A stretch of 63,227 nt of DNA, the filler included, from an uncultured Methanosarcinales archaeon (GTDB lineage Archaea > Nanobdellota > Nanobdellia > Woesearchaeales > JAGLXL01): NCBI GenBank assembly GCA_964472345.1. It is 14 parts of 14 records of this genome, joined end to end, with 100 filler letters (N's around TTAATTAATTAA, not from the genome) between each part and the next. Parts side by side here need not be neighbours in the genome. Positions count along the whole stretch, not along the records: positions 55,306 to 59,253 come from CAYYLB010000088.1; positions 59,354 to 63,227 come from CAYYLB010000089.1; 12 more parts are not named here. One strand, 5' to 3'. Both the position numbers and the translations under genes were made by a program. Below are positions 59,149 through 63,227 of the stretch, piece after piece. Under the pieces are notes generated by a model. It searched no databases, was not told where the DNA came from, and saw nothing but the letters and a program-made list of their open reading frames with translations. Position 1 is the stretch's first letter, and every line of letters starts with the position of its first letter.

Positions 59149-59156
59149 CCGGGCGC

Positions 59157-59253
59157 TCACGCAGCCTTTTGCCCCGCCTCCGCATACGTCCCCGCCTCCA
59201 TAAACACCTTGTGCGTCTTCACCACGATCCCCTTCTCGTTTTTCCGCACGTCC
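59157..59253 (-). CDS. C-terminal fragment, possibly Cbf5 pseudouridine synthase (PUA tail)
   Basis: ..NEKGIVVKTHKVFMEAGTY.. resembles, from memory, the KGIAV..KVFM..Y end of archaeal Cbf5. Confidence 0.45.
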
Positions 59254-59353
59254 NNNNNNNNNNNNNNNNNNNNNNNNNNNNNNNNNNNNNNNNNNNNTTA
59301 ATTAATTAANNNNNNNNNNNNNNNNNNNNNNNNNNNNNNNNNNNNNNNNNNNN

Positions 59354-59915
59354 TGCCCGCAATCTGGACCAGCCGGTTGTTGTCAATCACGATTACCGTG
59401 TCGGAGACCTGCCGCAGCTGCTGCAGCCCCCATTCGGCCTTATCGCAGCGCGCGCGCTCAATCTTGAACGGCATCGTCACCGTGCCGATCACGATCGCGC
59501 CCGTGTCTTTGGAGACCTGCGCGACCACCGGCGCAGCTCCCGTTCCCGTGCCGCCGCCCATCCCTGCGCAGACAAACACCATGTCCGAGTTGCGCAGCGA
59601 TTCCTTGAGGTCCTGCAGGCTTTCCTGCGCAGCCTCAGCGCCCTTCTCGGGGAAGCCGCCGCAGCCGAGGCCGCGGGTCACGTCGCGTCCAATCAAAAAC
59701 TTCTTGTCCGCTTCCGAAATATTCAAATGTTGCTGATCGGTGTTGCAGGCGATGATCTCTGCCCCGCGGATGCCCTTCCGGTAAAGCCACGAAACCATGT
59801 TGTTGCCGGCTCCGCCGACGCCAATCACCTTGATGTTGGCCTGCATGTTCTCCTGCAGCGCATCAGGCTGCATCTTTCCTTCGCTCTTCAGCGCATTCTC
59901 GACGATGAAATCCAC
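59354..59915 (-). CDS. ftsZ: Cell division protein FtsZ, 3' truncated
   Basis: VIGVGGAGNN, NTDQQHL, GMGGGTGTGAAP; GTG start after GAGGAGGTGG; TATA (CTATATAAG, about 59986-59994). Confidence 0.97.
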
Positions 59916-60323
59916 GGTCGCCACCTCCTCTGTTGTACCAACCCCCGTTTGGCTCTTCGAACTGCTAGGTTGGAGTATGGAAATGCTTATATAGGGGTTT
60001 TCCTTTTCCAGCTCCAAGAGAAAGTTGTCCGGTTGCTTGCGCCAACGAGGAACCGGTTGCCAAAAACTTTTTCAGCTAACAAGAACTGATTTCGACCATA
60101 CAACTGCCAATAGTGCCAATCGAAACCGTTTGCCTGCTCGGGTTGATCGCCAAACCAACTCGAACAACGATTTCTTAGTTTTTCTGGAACTCAAAAGGAG
60201 TATTTAAACGTTTTGGTGATGCAATGAGTATATTTAAGACGCAGAGTCACTCCTGTCAGGAAGTATTCTTGCGGTTTATCGGCGATAAAAGAAGAGGTAC
60301 GGGCGGAAAGTGGGCAGGAGGCC

Positions 60324-61040
60324 CTACGGATGCTTCTGCCCGGAAGGCGCCAGCTCTTCGGGATGCGTCTCCGGTGCCGGCGGCTGGCCCCTGAGCTTCT
60401 CCTGCAGCTTCCCGCCGAGCTGCTTCAGCGCCCCTGCGCCCTTCTGCAGCTCGCGCTGCCAAACCAGGGAATAGTCGCGCATGTAGCGTGCGGCGTCCTT
60501 CACCCGCCCGCGCCAGTGCTCAAAATAGATTGTTTCATTGAGCGGGTATTTTGGCGGCCGCGGGGGGTGCTCTGCCGCATACCCCACCGTCACGATGGCC
60601 TGCGGCCGGATATGCTCCTCAGTGGTGATGATGCGCTTCAGCATCCCCTCGTCAAACGCCCCGACCCAGCAGGTGCTTAACCCGAGCGACTGGGCCTCAA
60701 GGATCATGCACATGACCGCAGCGGAGCAGTTCTGCACGCTGTAGAGGCGCTCGCCCCGCACCCCATAGTAGCGCTCCGCTTTTTCCGGATCAGCGCACAC
60801 GATGACGTGCACGGGGGCAGTCACCATCCAGTACTGCTGCAGCGCTGCTTCCGCGATCTGCTTGCGCTTTCCCGGCTCAGTGACCACGACAAACTTCCAG
60901 TTCTGCAGGTTGCCGCAGCTCGGAGCGTGCCGTGCAGCATCCATCATCCGCGTGATATGCTCCCATTCCACCGGCTTGGGCAGGTACTTGGTGACGCTCC
61001 GCCGCGACGTAATAATCTCAAGAATGTCATTGACTGCCAT
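60324..61040 (-). CDS. Nitroreductase family protein
   Basis: SRRSVTKY, APSCGNLQNWKF, LGLSTCWVGAF. Confidence 0.92.
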   Translation of the reverse strand: MAVNDILEIITSRRSVTKYLPKPVEWEHITRMMDAARHAPSCGNLQNWKFVVVTEPGKRKQIAEAALQQYWMVTAPVHVIVCADPEKAERYYGVRGERLYSVQNCSAAVMCMILEAQSLGLSTCWVGAFDEGMLKRIITTEEHIRPQAIVTVGYAAEHPPRPPKYPLNETIYFEHWRGRVKDAARYMRDYSLVWQRELQKGAGALKQLGGKLQEKLRGQPPAPETHPEELAPSGQKHP

Positions 61041-61128
61041 GCGAACATATAAAAGACGTAGCCTATTTTAATGTTGCGGTGGGGTACAGCTCTGGAGAAA
61101 GTGGCCTGTGCGGCAGGCCCAAAAAACG

Positions 61129-62973
61129 ATGGACTACACAACCCTCTGCAGCACCTACGGGCAGCTCGAGGCCGCGGGCAGGCGGCTTGAGAAAGCCAGG
61201 ATTCTCGCGGACTTCCTAAAGCGGGTTCCTGAAGATGAGCTTGAAGCGGTGCTGCTGCTCCTCCAGGGCATCGCCTATCCGCGCTGGGACCGGCGGAAGC
61301 TCGGGTTCAGCTCAAGCCTTCTGCTCAAGGCGCTGTCGCGCGCTGCCGGTGTTCCTGTCGCTGCCATCGAAGACTCCTGGCGCGAAACCGGCGATCTGGG
61401 GGAAAGTGCGCGCGTCCTGCTTTCGGGAAAGCGGCAGGCAACGCTGTTCTCGCGGCGGCTGACGCTCGCCAAGGTCTTCCTGAACCTGCGCAGGCTGGCA
61501 GAGCAGGAAGGTGCAGGCAGCGTCGAGGGCAAGGTGCAGCTTGTCGCGGAGCTCCTTGCCAGCGCGGCTCCGGAGGAAGCGAAATTCGTCGTGCGGACGG
61601 TGCTTGACGAGCTGCGCGTCGGATTGGGTGAAGGCACGTTGCGCGATGCGCTCGTCTGGGCGTTCTTGCCGGCGGTCATCGGCATCTCTGCGGAGCACGC
61701 TGTGCCGTTGCCGGAGGGTACGCTCTCCGTGCGCTCGTTCGGGGAGTTCAGGGAGCGCCGGAAAGAGGGCCACGCATTCATCTTTTCGGAGGACGGCGCG
61801 GTCGCCCGCGCAATCTACTCCTGGCAGGTCTCCCGTGTGCAGCGTGCGCTTGACCTGTGCAATGATTTCGCGCTCGTCGCGCGGAAGCTGAAAGAGGGGG
61901 GCATTGCCGGCTTCAGGAGCATCACGCTCGTGCCCGGCACGCCGCTGAAGGTCATGCTCGCGCTGAAGGAAGACGGCATCGCTGCTGCATTTGAGCGCGT
62001 CGGCCGGCCTGCCGCCTTGGAATACAAGCTCGACGGGTTCCGCATGCAGGTGCATCGCAGCGGGGAGCGCATAACGATCTTCACCCGGCGGCTGGAGGAT
62101 GTGACTGCGCAGTTCCCCGACGTCGTTGCCGCGGTCCGCGCGCAGATTGCCGGCGAGCGTTTCATCCTCGACGGTGAGGCGGTCGGCATTGATCCGGCAG
62201 CGGGGAGGTTCCTGCCGTTCCAGGCCATATCGCAGCGGATCAGGCGGAAGTATGAGGTCACGGAGACGGCAAAAAAGTTTCCCGTTGAGCTGCATGTGTT
62301 CGATGTGCTCTTTCATGATGGGACAGGCATGCTGCGGAGGCCATTCGCGGAGCGCCGCGCGGTGCTCGAGCGGCTGGTGCGCTCCGGCGGTATCGTGAAG
62401 CTCATCGCGCAGCTGCAGACCGATGATGAGCAGGAAGCGGCGCAGTTCTACCGGCAGTCGCTCGCCCGCGGCAACGAGGGCATCATGCTCAAGAAGCTCG
62501 GCGCTCCCTATCGGCCAGGGGCGCGCGTCGGTTATCTCGTCAAGCTGAAATCCACGATGGAGACGCTCGACCTTGTGATTGTCGGCGCGGAGTGGGGCGA
62601 GGGCAAGCGCGGCAGCTGGCTGAGCAGCTATGCGCTCGCGTGCCGTGATGAGCCGAGCGGCGAATTAAAAACGCTCGGGCGCGTCTCCACCGGGCTGAAG
62701 GAGAAGCGCGAAGAAGGCCTGAGCTTTGCGGAGATGACTGATCTCCTGCGGCCGCTGATTGCCGGGCAGAAAGGCCGGGAGGTGGTGGTGAAGCCGCAGC
62801 TGGTCATGGAGGTCAGCTACGAGGAAATCCAGAAAAGCCCGAGCTACGGGAGCGGGTTCGCACTGCGCTTTCCCCGTGTCGTGCGGCTGCGCGCTGACCG
62901 GGATGCGGCAAGCTGCAGCACGCTTGCGGATGTGCAGCGGCTGTACGGCCAGCAGCGGGAGCGGTCAGGGTGA
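61129..62973 (+). CDS. lig: ATP-dependent DNA ligase
   Basis: Motif I EYKLDGFR, ILDGE, VFDVL, EGIMLK, VKLK, LDLVIVGA, ALRFPR. Confidence 0.97.
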   Translation: MDYTTLCSTYGQLEAAGRRLEKARILADFLKRVPEDELEAVLLLLQGIAYPRWDRRKLGFSSSLLLKALSRAAGVPVAAIEDSWRETGDLGESARVLLSGKRQATLFSRRLTLAKVFLNLRRLAEQEGAGSVEGKVQLVAELLASAAPEEAKFVVRTVLDELRVGLGEGTLRDALVWAFLPAVIGISAEHAVPLPEGTLSVRSFGEFRERRKEGHAFIFSEDGAVARAIYSWQVSRVQRALDLCNDFALVARKLKEGGIAGFRSITLVPGTPLKVMLALKEDGIAAAFERVGRPAALEYKLDGFRMQVHRSGERITIFTRRLEDVTAQFPDVVAAVRAQIAGERFILDGEAVGIDPAAGRFLPFQAISQRIRRKYEVTETAKKFPVELHVFDVLFHDGTGMLRRPFAERRAVLERLVRSGGIVKLIAQLQTDDEQEAAQFYRQSLARGNEGIMLKKLGAPYRPGARVGYLVKLKSTMETLDLVIVGAEWGEGKRGSWLSSYALACRDEPSGELKTLGRVSTGLKEKREEGLSFAEMTDLLRPLIAGQKGREVVVKPQLVMEVSYEEIQKSPSYGSGFALRFPRVVRLRADRDAASCSTLADVQRLYGQQRERSG

Positions 62974-63013
62974 GTGATGCACGATGCCGTTCGGAGAAGC
63001 GCGGTGCGCCCTT

Positions 63014-63101
63014 ATAGTAAATCGCAATAATTTTGGAACTTTTAATTTGCGATTTACTATACTATCAAATCTCCCAAATGTTCCATAATCAAGGAGATTT
63101 G
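63014..63101. repeat. Two adjacent AT-rich inverted repeats downstream of lig
   Basis: ATAGTAAATCGCAA/TTGCGATTTACTAT (63014-63060, 14 bp perfect) and CAAATCTCC/GGAGATTTG (63066-63101). Confidence 0.5.
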
Positions 63102-63227
63102 CTATTATTTTGGTGAGCGGGCCAGTCCATCATTTATTCGCGCAAGGCACGCTCTGCGGAGCCCCACTTTCAGAAATAGTAACTTTTAGAAACATTAATA
63201 TAGCCCCATTCCGCTTGCATTGGTATG

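Noticed and set aside
5005..59353. Regularly recurring TTAATTAATTAA repeats as a CRISPR array or biological repeat
   Set aside because: Always centred in N runs and genes are cut at each one; it is an artificial six-frame-stop linker.
1..63227. CRISPR array, cas genes, reverse transcriptase (DGR/retron), rRNA and tRNA
   Set aside because: No spaced direct repeats, no YxDD RT ORF, and no T-loop/cloverleaf or rRNA signature was recognised by eye. A tRNAscan/Infernal run could still find something I missed.

Overview
This is not contiguous DNA. It is 14 short contigs (about 5.0 kb down to 3.9 kb, sorted by length) joined by an artificial 100-nt N..TTAATTAATTAA..N linker, so adjacency across linkers is meaningless. 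The content points to a GC-rich DPANN archaeon, most likely Woesearchaeota (inference from archaeal TATA boxes, GGAGGTGA ribosome-binding sites, archaeal GluRS/ProRS, an ATP-dependent ligase, a class III signal peptide and a bacterial-type MetK). Housekeeping genes include topA, smc, minD, ftsZ, lig, gltX, proS, dnaK/dnaJ, metK, gdhA, corA, a pyrE-pyrF fusion and pyrD, plus at least seven toxin-antitoxin pairs, a solo MNT and a Fic gene. Most notable observations: (1) contigs 1 and 2 are two versions of one locus, with near-identical anchors around a highly diverged block of unknown membrane-anchored coiled-coil and TPR proteins, the best candidate here for an undescribed system; (2) a tnpA-only IS200/IS605 element whose ends, target and guide tetranucleotides can be read exactly (799-1531), interrupting an MNT gene; (3) four translationally coupled genes (HD hydrolase, methyltransferase, minimal PEP-utilizer/dikinase, HAD phosphatase) between dnaK and dnaJ; (4) an AT-rich in-frame insertion of about 90 codons in topA; (5) several unexplained structured elements (64-245, 4456-4625, 25393-25525, 51183-51270); (6) a putative polyamine/GABA catabolic cluster. 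No CRISPR array, rRNA, tRNA or reverse transcriptase was recognised. All calls were made by eye without database searches.
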